Position numbers and translations under genes: made by a program. This document shows positions 21,545 to 31,812 of a DNA stretch of 64,000 nucleotides, in pieces. Source of the stretch: Fibrobacteria bacterium (GTDB lineage: Bacteria > Fibrobacterota > Fibrobacteria > UBA11236 > JADFYW01). The stretch lies in the NCBI GenBank assembly GCA_050294405.1, contig JBNKOC010000028.1, positions 192,001 through 256,000 of the forward strand. The letters are read 5' to 3'. Positions within the stretch are counted from its first letter, which is position 1; every line of letters starts with the position of its first letter. The notes under the pieces were generated by a model. The model made no database searches. It saw only the letters and a program-made list of their open reading frames with translations, and had not been told where the DNA came from.

Positions 21545-23404
21545 GTGCGTAGAGGGACACCCGATTTGAAAGACAATTTGGATATTCAGGAAAAATTAAA
21601 GCTGCTGCCCGCCATGCCTGGAGTTTATTTAATGAAATCCGCAAGCGGGAAAATTATTTATATCGGCAAAGCAAGAAATTTGAAAGCTAGAGTCTCCTCT
21701 TATTTTCAAAACAGTGTCGCCTATAATCATTTGGCTTCGCAAATATTAAGAGATAAAGCGAAAGATTTGGAATGGTTTGTGACATCCAATGAAAAAGAAG
21801 CTTTGATACTGGAAGCGAATCTGGCAAAAAAGCATTCGCCCAGGTATAACATACTACTTAAAGATGATAAACATTTTCCATACATTAAATTGACCAAAGA
21901 AGAGGGATTCCCCAGATTTGTGGTGACGCGCAAAATAAACAATGATAAAAATGTGTATTTTGGGCCATTTACTGATGCCAGAGCTATGCGAAGGACCATT
22001 AGATATATGCAAAAAACCTTCCGCATCCGGGATTGCAAATATGATTTGCCTTTGAAAAACCCAATTAAACCATGTTTAACATACCACATTGGCCGTTGCG
22101 ATGCGCCCTGCGCGGATATGTATTCAAAGGAAGAGTATGGGAAATTGGTAGAGGAATCGGAATTGTTTTTGAAAGGAAAAAAAAAGGAACTTTTGGTCCA
22201 ATTACAGACTCAAATGAAAGAAGCATCCCGGGAACAGCAATTTGAAAAGGCCGCTAAAGTAAGGGATCAAATAAAAAATATTGAAAAAGTTTTGGAGCGA
22301 CAGAGAGTGGATTTGGGAGATGAATCAGATGCCGATTTAATATCCGTTGCCAGGGAAGGAAAGTTTGGCTGCGCCATGGTTGTGCAAATCCGTGAAGGGC
22401 TGGTTATTGATAAAAAATCCTTTCAATTGACCTGCCCCCTGGAACAATCTGAAATGTATCTAATGACTCAATTTTTAAAAAGCTTCTATTCTGAGGATAT
22501 GTGGATACCCAGAGAAATTTTAGTATCCCATGAGCCAGACGCTGAAGAAAATATGGAGGAGCTACTTTGTGAGCTAAAGGGAAGCAAGGTGAAGTTAACC
22601 CTTCCACAAAAAGGGGAAAAGAAAAAACAACTATTACTCATTGAAAAAAATGCCAAAATGAATGTTGTGGAATATATGGCCTCTGCGGAGCGAAAAAACC
22701 GGACCGATTTATCCGTGGAATCCTTAAAGGACGATTTGCAATTAAAAGAATTGCCCCGCAGAATTGAAGGCTTTGATATATCTCATTTAGCAGGTACGGA
22801 TACCGTAGCTTCTATGGTGGTTTTTAAAGATGGAAAGCCTGAAAAAAAATCCTATCGAAAATTTAACGTAAAGACCGTTGAGGGAATAGATGATTTCGCA
22901 TCCATGCGGGAAATCATTGAAAGGCGGTTAAAAAGACTGGTGGAGGAAAATGGGGAATACCCAAATTTGATGTTAATAGACGGAGGAAAGGGCCAGCTTT
23001 CCTCAGCCTATGAACAATTGAAAAAATTAGGTTTGGAAGATAAGATAGCAATGATAGGCCTGGCAAAAAGGCTTGAAGAAGTTTTCAAACCTAATGAAAG
23101 CCTTCCCCACAACATACCCAAAACTTCCCTAAGCTTAAAGTTGCTTCAGCAGTTACGAGATGAAAGCCACAGGTTTGCTATAACTTTCCAAAAATCAAAA
23201 AGAAAAAAATACCTGCAAGCCAGTTGGTTAGATGAAATCCCCGGAATTGGCCAAAAAAGAAAGGAAAGTCTTTTTCAACAATTTAAAACGCCTCAAAAAA
23301 TAAAAACTTTGAATTTAGCCGAATTTCAAAAGGTTTTTGGTAAAAAAACAGGCTTGACGATATGGCAAAATATTCAGAGATTTTTAGAAGGATCAAATAA
23401 ATAA
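21545..23404 (+). CDS. uvrC: Excinuclease ABC subunit C
   Basis: PGVYLM, IYIGKA (GIY-YIG), RIEGFDISH, IDGGKGQL, RDESHRFA, HhH. Start may be a few codons downstream. Confidence 0.97.
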   Translation: MRRGTPDLKDNLDIQEKLKLLPAMPGVYLMKSASGKIIYIGKARNLKARVSSYFQNSVAYNHLASQILRDKAKDLEWFVTSNEKEALILEANLAKKHSPRYNILLKDDKHFPYIKLTKEEGFPRFVVTRKINNDKNVYFGPFTDARAMRRTIRYMQKTFRIRDCKYDLPLKNPIKPCLTYHIGRCDAPCADMYSKEEYGKLVEESELFLKGKKKELLVQLQTQMKEASREQQFEKAAKVRDQIKNIEKVLERQRVDLGDESDADLISVAREGKFGCAMVVQIREGLVIDKKSFQLTCPLEQSEMYLMTQFLKSFYSEDMWIPREILVSHEPDAEENMEELLCELKGSKVKLTLPQKGEKKKQLLLIEKNAKMNVVEYMASAERKNRTDLSVESLKDDLQLKELPRRIEGFDISHLAGTDTVASMVVFKDGKPEKKSYRKFNVKTVEGIDDFASMREIIERRLKRLVEENGEYPNLMLIDGGKGQLSSAYEQLKKLGLEDKIAMIGLAKRLEEVFKPNESLPHNIPKTSLSLKLLQQLRDESHRFAITFQKSKRKKYLQASWLDEIPGIGQKRKESLFQQFKTPQKIKTLNLAEFQKVFGKKTGLTIWQNIQRFLEGSNK

Positions 23405-23667
23405 TTTTTTATAAAATTATAATTAGACCAGGCCCCAATCCCCCCGCTAATTCTAAGCCCTTTTAATAATTTTAAACCAAATTTACTGTTTTATGTATGT
23501 GGTAAAAAAATAAAAAAAATTTTTGCGTTTTAAAAAAACTGTGGTATATTAATTGAGCTGGCTTTGGCTGATGTTAGTAAAAAAGATCAGTTTAAGATTT
23601 GGCAATCTATAACAGGTGAATTTTCAAAACCCGTTAAAGTAAACATGAACCAATGATGGAGGATGTT

Positions 23668-23901
23668 ATGCGCGAAAATCGAGACAGAAGCTATTTTAAA
23701 GCAGATGGGTACGAAGAAGAACCGGTTTCCAACTACATAAGCCAAGAACATTACGAAGATACTTTCGCACCCGACGAGCGAACCCCGCTTGAATTTGCGG
23801 ACAGGCACGAAGATGACGGACCAAATCCCGCCTCTGTTTCCGGCCAATGGGATGTTATCAGCCAAGAAATTTATGTTAACAAGGGTGAAAGGCCCGTTTA
23901 A
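23668..23901 (+). CDS. Small acidic hypothetical protein (about 77 aa)
   Basis: GGAGG RBS before ATG 23668. Upstream TTGCGT-N16-TATATT with an extended TG (23523-23550). Confidence 0.55.
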   Translation: MRENRDRSYFKADGYEEEPVSNYISQEHYEDTFAPDERTPLEFADRHEDDGPNPASVSGQWDVISQEIYVNKGERPV

Positions 23902-23915
23902 GGGCCTTTAAAACC

Positions 23916-26900
23916 CTATATTCCCATTCCATCTTTACCAATGGTTCCCACCAGGGACTTTTGGTAATTAGGGTGGTTTAGATTTTTAAGCTGGTTTTTA
24001 ACATATCGGATTTTTCCATCCAGATTTAAAAAACCCGCCAGATTGGAATCGTATTCCTTGTGCTTAAAATCATTTAAATAGGAAAGGCTGTTTTCAAGCT
24101 GCATTTTGTCATAGTCCACTTGATTTTGAAGCCTCTTGGAATACCAATCTGATTTTATCATGTTATCCAATTTAAACATATCGCGGAACTCAGGGCTATC
24201 AACCTTTAAACCCTGATATTCGCCATAGGCCATTATATGTATCAGAACCTTTAATGGAGGACATGCCAAGTTGTCTCCACCATTTTTTACAATAGCTTCG
24301 GCTATTTTCATTTGGGTATCCGTGATGTTGCAAACGCCATCCACAAAATCATCCATATTTTGTTTTTCGGGTTTTAACATATCTTCGGGAAAAACAGAAA
24401 GGGGAGATACAAATACTCTGCCCAGAAAGCTCCTCACAAAGTTTTGGGTTATACGGTAGCCAAGCCGTGAAGCCAGAACAGTTCTCCCCTTGTGTTTGAA
24501 ATCTTCTAGTTTTTCAAAATAGCGGTTTTTTATAAGATAATCGATGTCTCTTTCTCCAATGTCCAATCGACACCATATTTCCGGTATAAGAAGACTTAAA
24601 TCGTGATCTACCTTGTATTTGCTACCGATGTGGCCTGCCGGGGTGGAAAAAACGGGATAACCACATAGAATATAACTCACAAGGGCATTGTTTAAATCTG
24701 TAATGGCGTTTAACATGTTAAAGGGGCCTTTAGTTAAAGGGCCCTCACTTCCGGCGCCAGTGGTGGAAGGGGACTTGCCTGTTAAGCTGCTGATAAAGTC
24801 CATAAACAATTCAGGCAAGGGTTGATAGTGTAAGGGGTTGTAAACTGCAAGGGGCAAAATCTTTTTGGCATGGTCCGATGGATTATTACGGCGGCCGATT
24901 AGTACGGCATTGACGGGCATAATGGGCTCTTCATTTGGACTTAGCTTTCGATGCAGCCGTAATGACATTCTGTTGAGATACAAGCCTTCGGGGTGAATTA
25001 AATTGGGATTGGTTTGCAGGTAGCGTACATTAGGTGAAGGAATTCCATTGATGAGACGCCCCTCGGAGCTGCTGATAAAATATTTACCAGGAGCTTTTAA
25101 GGCGTTTTCAATAATACCCTTCATGGGAGGAGTAAATTTTTCAAAATTTATTTTGTCCTCGTATATGTTAAGAGCATCGTTGTAATCAAGGGGTTGGTAA
25201 TTAGATACAAAGGTATTGGGCTGAGCCAAATCGTGCTCGGCTTGGATGTCAAAGCCCCGATGTTTAGCATCATCCGGGCGTTGGAATAGACGATATTCGC
25301 AGTTTTGCACAAATTTTTGACTGAAATTATCGTATTTGGGATTGCCATTTTTTAATTGCTTAGCTGGAAGGGTAATGGAAGCGGTAATGTCATCTTCCAT
25401 TTGAATTTTTTCAGCAGGCATATAATCAATTCGCAAACGGTATAACTGCCATTTTCCCTTAGTATCTGTTCCTACTCTAAGGTAACTGGAAATTAACTTG
25501 CGTTGGTCCAAATTGAGTTCGTAGCCTGGAGTCCCATCCATGTAATCTACAGAAAAATGTTGTTTCCAGTCTTTGCCCCATTCAGGTTTGTAAAAGCGTT
25601 TCACAGCCAAAACTAAATGAAGGATATGTTTGGGAATAGTAGTGAGCCATTTGTTATAGCTATCGGTATATTCATCGGCGGGAGTCATGAGTTTTATGAC
25701 TGATCCCAAAGAACGTTCGGAACTTAGAATGGGCCTGGATTTGGGTTTGGGTGTGATTTTTTCTTTAAATCTGTCTCCGTAGTCTTTGGCCAAAAGTTTT
25801 TCTACTTCGGCAAAATCAGCTTCAAAATCTTTTATGTAAAAGTTGTGGTACACGATGGAGTCGGAAATGGATTTGGATATTTCGGACTTGCCTCCACCGG
25901 ATACGGTGCAGGGTTTGTGACAAAGGGTTCCTTCGGCAACGGAGCCCACTAAACGCCAGGAAGGAGCCCCGCTGTGTTTTTCCATGCGGATTTTATAACC
26001 CGATGGATGCACATATACATTGTCGGGCAATAGTTTGATTTTAGCAGGCGTTTTGCCGTTTTTCCAACTTATGGACTGGGAGTGTAAATCAAATTCGGCA
26101 TTGTCAGGAACATAGATAATATGGGGGAAGTTTTTATCGACTCCATAGCCTTCTTTTTTTAAGTGCATGACGCTTTTGAACTTTTTGGAAACATCTTTCC
26201 AGCGCATGCCTAATTTTTTCATGTAATCATCTTCCCGAAAGCTGTCTCCCAAAGAGTAGCTGGGGCAAATAAAGGCTCCACCGGCGTGTTCTTCTTCAAC
26301 TAAGCCAGCCAAATTCGCAGCAAAGCTTATTTGAGTTTTAACTTCTTTTTTGCAGTAGCCAAAATAATTGTCTCCAATAAGGGTAATGACCAAGCCCTCT
26401 TCGGTGCGGAAAAAGGCTTTGAAGGCATTGCCATCGTTGTACAACTCGCCTTCCTTTTTCCAACACATTCCATCTTTTTTCTGAAGTTCAGTAGCCTTTG
26501 AAAAATGGGGAAGCCCTAGTTCTTTTTTAGTGAGCTTAGTCATGTGCGGGGCCAGAATAACCAGGCCGCTGTGACCCGTAAAGTTTTCCACGTCCAGAGC
26601 GGAGTCGTTTTGAGGGAGCAAGGGATCTCCGGCATTGCCAAAAATAGATTCCACAAAATCGAGATTGGATACCAAACTTCCGGGCACTAGAAACAGCATT
26701 TCCATGGACTTGGCCTTTGAAAATCCAGGGACTTCAGGAAAAACCAGAGGCCTCAAGAAAAGGCTTACAAAGCTCTGGGCTTTATTTTTCTGAGTAGAGG
26801 TAAAAGGAAGCTCTAACAGCTTTTTAGGTGGATGTAAGGCATGCCATAAAAGATTTCCATAAGCTATTTGCGGAATGGTTATTTTGTTGTGCTCGATAAA

Positions 26901-27374
26901 GCCATATCCCCCCTGGGAAATATGAAAGGAGTTTTTAGTGGTGCGCCGGTCATTTATGGGGTTGTGGAGAACACCTTGCTGGATTCGATAGGAATCCACA
27001 TATTCATTTTTGTAAAAATCTTTATCGGGGGGAAGGCTTAGGGTTCTGGCCTGGCCGTGGCTGTCCAGATGGATTTTTTTTTGGGGCAACTGATGTTTTT
27101 TGCCCCATTCTTTAACGGGAAAATGTTTGTAAATAAAATTTTGCAAACGCGTTTCAATGGGAGAATGAGAACTGTGCAGGAGCAATTTCAGCTGATCCTG
27201 GTACTCTCCTAAAAGGGCGTGCCCGTTTTTGATTTCGTCTTGCGAAAGTTCCTTTTCGTAAGTGGGCAGGTCAGCCAATTTCAGTTTGAAATTTATTTTT
27301 GCCACCATTTCCTCGAGAGGAGGAATGACATTGCTGCCATTAGAAAATCCGATTTTTGTTTTTAGAACGTCCAA
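23916..27374 (-). CDS. PPi-dependent phosphoenolpyruvate carboxykinase (PEP carboxytransphosphorylase)
   Basis: DNYFGYCKKEVKTQISF, EEEHAGGA, CHKPCTVSGGGKSEISKS, TGKSPSTTGAGSEG. Likely TTG start at 27374 with a GGGAG RBS gives 1152 aa. Confidence 0.88.
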   Translation of the reverse strand: MDVLKTKIGFSNGSNVIPPLEEMVAKINFKLKLADLPTYEKELSQDEIKNGHALLGEYQDQLKLLLHSSHSPIETRLQNFIYKHFPVKEWGKKHQLPQKKIHLDSHGQARTLSLPPDKDFYKNEYVDSYRIQQGVLHNPINDRRTTKNSFHISQGGYGFIEHNKITIPQIAYGNLLWHALHPPKKLLELPFTSTQKNKAQSFVSLFLRPLVFPEVPGFSKAKSMEMLFLVPGSLVSNLDFVESIFGNAGDPLLPQNDSALDVENFTGHSGLVILAPHMTKLTKKELGLPHFSKATELQKKDGMCWKKEGELYNDGNAFKAFFRTEEGLVITLIGDNYFGYCKKEVKTQISFAANLAGLVEEEHAGGAFICPSYSLGDSFREDDYMKKLGMRWKDVSKKFKSVMHLKKEGYGVDKNFPHIIYVPDNAEFDLHSQSISWKNGKTPAKIKLLPDNVYVHPSGYKIRMEKHSGAPSWRLVGSVAEGTLCHKPCTVSGGGKSEISKSISDSIVYHNFYIKDFEADFAEVEKLLAKDYGDRFKEKITPKPKSRPILSSERSLGSVIKLMTPADEYTDSYNKWLTTIPKHILHLVLAVKRFYKPEWGKDWKQHFSVDYMDGTPGYELNLDQRKLISSYLRVGTDTKGKWQLYRLRIDYMPAEKIQMEDDITASITLPAKQLKNGNPKYDNFSQKFVQNCEYRLFQRPDDAKHRGFDIQAEHDLAQPNTFVSNYQPLDYNDALNIYEDKINFEKFTPPMKGIIENALKAPGKYFISSSEGRLINGIPSPNVRYLQTNPNLIHPEGLYLNRMSLRLHRKLSPNEEPIMPVNAVLIGRRNNPSDHAKKILPLAVYNPLHYQPLPELFMDFISSLTGKSPSTTGAGSEGPLTKGPFNMLNAITDLNNALVSYILCGYPVFSTPAGHIGSKYKVDHDLSLLIPEIWCRLDIGERDIDYLIKNRYFEKLEDFKHKGRTVLASRLGYRITQNFVRSFLGRVFVSPLSVFPEDMLKPEKQNMDDFVDGVCNITDTQMKIAEAIVKNGGDNLACPPLKVLIHIMAYGEYQGLKVDSPEFRDMFKLDNMIKSDWYSKRLQNQVDYDKMQLENSLSYLNDFKHKEYDSNLAGFLNLDGKIRYVKNQLKNLNHPNYQKSLVGTIGKDGMGI

Positions 27375-27527
27375 GCTGCTTCTCCCATTTTTCTTTAAAA
27401 AACTAAAAAAATATTTTGCGGTTTTGAATAGGCCTTCCAAATACGGTGAAAGATGGAGCTGGTATGGGAAAGATTGCCCCACATTTATCTATATGGAGTT
27501 AAATTATGAAGGAGGGGTTAGGGAGTT

Positions 27528-28301
27528 ATGTCTTTAAAAAAAATAAACGGTTTTTTAGGTTGGGACACAGGTATATTGCTGGTTATCCCCTCCTTTATTT
27601 TATTGGCTTGTACGGAACCTGAAGGCGTGAAGTCAAAAATTGAAATAAATCTCAGCCATACCGTGGGCGCTGAACCTTTGCATCTGGACAGTCTGATGTA
27701 CCGGAATAAAGCCTTGAATGTTTTTTCCGTAGAAGAATTACGGTATTATCTTTCTGGCTTTAAGTTGAAGTTCAAAAAAAATATCAGCCCTAAATCTATT
27801 GACCAGTTTAAATACATAGATGTACGAGATACATCGGAAGGAAAATTTACGCTGGAATTGGATGGTGAAGGGAAACTGGAATACTTGGAAATGGTATTGG
27901 GCTTTAGTCCCGAAAATAATCATTGGGATTATTTGCCTTCTACTCAGGAAAATATAAATATGAAGTGGCCGCTTCATTTGGGAGGGGGGTATCATTTTTT
28001 GAAATTAGAAGGCTGGGTGAAACAATCCCAGGATTCCCTGTTATCTTATACCGTACATCTGGGAGCCAGTCCGGAAGAAAACCTGGAACTAAACATAAGG
28101 TTTGCGCCGGATTCAGAATTGGAAATTAATTCAGACAGAACCCTAAAACTAAACCTTGCTATGGATGTATTGGGCTGGTTGGATGGGCCCAATATATATA
28201 ATGTGCTTAAAGCGGGGGAAACCATGACTAACGATTCTTTAAAACATGTGCTTCTGGAAAATGGCGCAATAAATACCTTTAGCCTTTCGGTTGCAAATTG
28301 A
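27528..28301 (+). CDS. MbnP-like lipoprotein
   Basis: Lipobox LLAC, LRYYLS, M.WP...GGGYHFLKLEG, HLG. Coupled to a di-heme peroxidase gene. Confidence 0.75.
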   Translation: MSLKKINGFLGWDTGILLVIPSFILLACTEPEGVKSKIEINLSHTVGAEPLHLDSLMYRNKALNVFSVEELRYYLSGFKLKFKKNISPKSIDQFKYIDVRDTSEGKFTLELDGEGKLEYLEMVLGFSPENNHWDYLPSTQENINMKWPLHLGGGYHFLKLEGWVKQSQDSLLSYTVHLGASPEENLELNIRFAPDSELEINSDRTLKLNLAMDVLGWLDGPNIYNVLKAGETMTNDSLKHVLLENGAINTFSLSVAN

Positions 28302-28321
28302 AAGGTTTTTTTTGCATAAAG

Positions 28322-29395
28322 ATGAAACACGCTGAAATTTTATCTCTGGCATTTATCTGCGGTTTTGGGTTATTTGTTTTTTCCGGCTGTTTGTTTGACA
28401 AATCAAACACTGAAGTTTCTGAAAAGGTTTTTTTGGATAGTTTGCCGGGTTATCCCATTGCTGAAATCCCTGCCGATAATCCTTTGAGCGTGAAAGGCAT
28501 TGAGCTAGGGCGGATGTTGTTTTATGATCCGATTTTATCTGCGGATAGCAGTATGTCTTGCGGAACCTGCCACAACCAGGCCAGGGCCTTTACAGACAAT
28601 GGCCGTCGCTTTAGCCTGGGAATTCACGGAGACACGGGAAATGTTAATGCTTCATCAATAATAAGCCCGGCCTGGAACAATTTTAATTTTTGGAACGGAA
28701 GAGCGCAAAGCCTGGAACAGCAGGCCTTGGGGCCTGTGGTAAATCCCATTGAAATGGCCTCTGGCAGCTGGGTCCAGGTGGCCCATAAATTAAACAGCCA
28801 CAGCAGCTATCCCAAACTGTTTAAAAGCGTTTTTGGAGTTTCTAATATCGATTCCATGTTAGTGGTCCAGGCTATCTCCCAGTTTGAGAGGACCTTGATT
28901 TCCAACAATTCAAAATACGACAGAATGCGAAGGGGTGAAGCCAGCTTTAGCGATGAAGAGTCCAGAGGTTTTTTCGCATTTATGGGTCCTACCCAGGGAG
29001 ATTGCTTTCACTGCCATGTTGTGGATATGTTTTACGATAATTTGTTTCACAACAATGGTATTGATTCTGTTATTGAGCCTGAATCCGGTTTGGGCGCCAC
29101 CACTAAAAATCCCCTGGATGATGGAAAATGGAAGACCCCCACTTTAAGAAATGTGGAGTATACCGCCCCATATATGCACGATGGACGTTTTCAAACCCTT
29201 GAAGAGGTGATAAACCATTATGCTTCGGGAGTGGTGCTAACACCCACTACCAGTCCCTTAGTAGCTAAGCGCCTTCGAGGTGAAATTCCACCTCTTTCTG
29301 AGGAGGACAAGCGCCTTATTATTGTATTTTTAAAAACCCTTTCGGACCCGGAGTTTATTTCGAATCCGGATTTTTCAAATCCTTTTCTGGAATGA
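28322..29395 (+). CDS. Di-heme cytochrome c peroxidase, MbnH/MauG-like lipoprotein
   Basis: LGRMLFYDP, CGTCH, FWNGRA, CFHCH, KTPTLRNV, APYMHDG. Lipobox FSGC. Confidence 0.9.
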   Translation: MKHAEILSLAFICGFGLFVFSGCLFDKSNTEVSEKVFLDSLPGYPIAEIPADNPLSVKGIELGRMLFYDPILSADSSMSCGTCHNQARAFTDNGRRFSLGIHGDTGNVNASSIISPAWNNFNFWNGRAQSLEQQALGPVVNPIEMASGSWVQVAHKLNSHSSYPKLFKSVFGVSNIDSMLVVQAISQFERTLISNNSKYDRMRRGEASFSDEESRGFFAFMGPTQGDCFHCHVVDMFYDNLFHNNGIDSVIEPESGLGATTKNPLDDGKWKTPTLRNVEYTAPYMHDGRFQTLEEVINHYASGVVLTPTTSPLVAKRLRGEIPPLSEEDKRLIIVFLKTLSDPEFISNPDFSNPFLE

Positions 29396-30122
29396 ATTTC
29401 CCATTTAGATAGTAATATTTGTTGTTATACCTCCCCACCACGTTGGGAAGAAATCCAAATAAAGGATAGGATGTTTTTTTTATCTCATTCTTATGAGTTT
29501 TGGGAATTGATGTATAGGCGTGTTCTAAAAAGTCTTCCAAACTTACAGAAACCCCAGGCATTCTGCCGTTTCCCCTTTTGTGAATTCGGCCTTCGATAAC
29601 AAAATACACAGAGGGCTCAAATATGCAATCCACTGTTGGCGTCCAGCCAAAATCCCTGGTGGAATCGGCGCCATTAAAAAAAGCAAGGAAAAGAGTATCT
29701 TGCATGGGAGCAAATGTTATGCTATCCGTGCCGGAGTAAGCCCATATTTGCTGCAGGCTGATGTTTTGGTTTTCCAAGCTGTCTTTATAGGCAGATAAAA
29801 AACTAACGTCCAACTTTTGACCGCGGTACTGAACAATAACCGGGATGCTATCACCCACATAGCTGGTATCCCATTCATCCCATTGGCCAGTTACCTGTAA
29901 ATTTCCGGTATATACATATTTACTTTCTTTCCATTTTAACAAGAGGTCCTGAAGTAAATATTCCTGGTAAAAAGTATCTATCACGCAAATTGGAGGGCTG
30001 ATAACACACTGGCTTTCCACACTTACGCCGGGAGATAAGGTATCAAGGGATATTTCCATATTAGGGCATATATGGGCTCCCAGAGTGCAGTAAAGGAAAA
30101 AAAATAAAACAGCTTTTAGCAT
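29355..30122 (-). CDS. Hypothetical secreted protein
   Basis: Hydrophobic N-terminal signal and a basic tail ending YYYLNGK. Confidence 0.6.
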   Translation of the reverse strand: MLKAVLFFFLYCTLGAHICPNMEISLDTLSPGVSVESQCVISPPICVIDTFYQEYLLQDLLLKWKESKYVYTGNLQVTGQWDEWDTSYVGDSIPVIVQYRGQKLDVSFLSAYKDSLENQNISLQQIWAYSGTDSITFAPMQDTLFLAFFNGADSTRDFGWTPTVDCIFEPSVYFVIEGRIHKRGNGRMPGVSVSLEDFLEHAYTSIPKTHKNEIKKTSYPLFGFLPNVVGRYNNKYYYLNGKFIPEKDLKNPDSK

Positions 30123-30204
30123 AGGGAAAATTTAGCCAACTTATAAAATATAAAGAAAAAGTATTTAAGCTGTATTTTGAAAGCTGGTAATTTAGGCGGG
30201 CAGG

Positions 30205-31578
30205 CTAAAATTGCTTGAAAAAATTAGCAATGGCTTCTGCAGAAAAACCCGGAATGCTGTGTCCATCTCCCTCCCTGGGACACCACACTACCGGATAGCC
30301 GGGATCGCAGCCCTGGTAAGCCACGCAAGGGGAAGGTTCCACTGGCGAGGTTTCGGCGCTGCAACCGTTATTTATCCGAAGAACTTCCATCATAGGCTCA
30401 GCCATAGAAATTTGAAGCACACTGTCGGCGATTCCATGTGTGGCCCACACTGCGACCCTCCTTTCCGGAGTTGTTCTGGTGCAACTGGCCCCGCTAATGG
30501 GAGCACCTGCCATGGCCCCAACGGCTCTGAAAATATCACTTAGATTGCAGGCGGCTGTAAAGGACATGGAGCCTCCATAACTAAAACCTGTAGAAAAAAT
30601 CCGGGATTCATCTACGCAGTAATTTTCTTTAAGAAATGCAAACATCTCCCTTGAAAACTCCTCATCTTCTCCACCTTGATTGGCCCAGCCCAAGTTATTT
30701 CCACCCAAGGAGGGTAGTCCTTCAGGGCTAATATATATGGCATCTGGAAAATAGTTCCCCACTCTATACATAGTTCTGGCCATGGAGGCCGAACCTCCCA
30801 AGGGGTGGTAATTAAAGACAACCGGGTGTGGCTGGCTGTTGTCATAATTGTCGGGCAGGTCCACGTAAAAAGTTCTTTCTTTGCCATTGGCTTGGACGCT
30901 GCAATCCGAATTATCACAGGAAGGAGGGGTTGTCCCGCAACCGGCCGTGCCGCCGGATTCAGGGACAAGGATAATATCTCCCATATTTTGTTGGTAAGAG
31001 TCCAGATTAACTTGAGATGTGGTGTAACCCGTCATCGACACAATTAATACATCCACCCCTTTTTTTCCCATGCTTTGTTTCTTGGACAAGTTCCTAATTT
31101 TGGATGTAAGGAGCCCGCCATTTTCAAAATAAAACATGGCCATTTGCGCATAATCGCCGATTTTTGTGCGAATATGGAAGATTCCGCTGGGTTCCCCCTT
31201 TAATTTTTCGGCTATTTCAAAGCGATGTACTCCTTCTTTTAGTGGACTGTTATGTATACTAAATATTTCCTTTCCCAGGCTGTTGTAAACTTCAATAAGG
31301 GTATTCATGGGCTGATTGAGATTGAGAATAACCATGTTGTTTTCAAGACTATATATTTGGTGGGAAAAGCTGCTTGGGTTTCCGATGTTGGTGGTTCCTG
31401 TAATGGAAAATAGACCATTCATATCTGTGGAACTGGCAAGTCCAGCTGTAGCCAGAGATACGCTGGCACCGGAAATAGGAGTCGAATTGTTGTCTAAAAC
31501 CCTGCCGATTATGTTTATTTCCTGCGCCTGGGAAAATCCAATAAAAGCCATGAGTGCCAGTCTGAAAATTTTTTCCAT
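30205..31578 (-). CDS. Secreted CE1-like esterase (alpha/beta hydrolase) with N-terminal accessory domains
   Basis: Signal peptide from MEKIF (31578). GFSYGG nucleophile elbow, YCVDESRIF, HGIAD, GHS. Confidence 0.8.
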   Translation of the reverse strand: MEKIFRLALMAFIGFSQAQEINIIGRVLDNNSTPISGASVSLATAGLASSTDMNGLFSITGTTNIGNPSSFSHQIYSLENNMVILNLNQPMNTLIEVYNSLGKEIFSIHNSPLKEGVHRFEIAEKLKGEPSGIFHIRTKIGDYAQMAMFYFENGGLLTSKIRNLSKKQSMGKKGVDVLIVSMTGYTTSQVNLDSYQQNMGDIILVPESGGTAGCGTTPPSCDNSDCSVQANGKERTFYVDLPDNYDNSQPHPVVFNYHPLGGSASMARTMYRVGNYFPDAIYISPEGLPSLGGNNLGWANQGGEDEEFSREMFAFLKENYCVDESRIFSTGFSYGGSMSFTAACNLSDIFRAVGAMAGAPISGASCTRTTPERRVAVWATHGIADSVLQISMAEPMMEVLRINNGCSAETSPVEPSPCVAYQGCDPGYPVVWCPREGDGHSIPGFSAEAIANFFKQF

Positions 31579-31812
31579 GGTTATCCCCTTGTTCATGACC
31601 AAGAATTCCCAGGTCCACTAAAATGGAGAATCTTTCCAAATCTAAAAACCCAGGAAAGAATAGGTGGCTAGTTGGTAAATAGGATAGCCACTATCTTTGA
31701 AGATAGGCCGGGAGCCATGTTTGGGAACTTGGTTTCTTTAAAATTGGAACAGACTATTAAAGTTCCGTTGGCTAAAGCCAACGGAAAGGAAAGTATGGGA
31801 TGTTGTGAAGGT

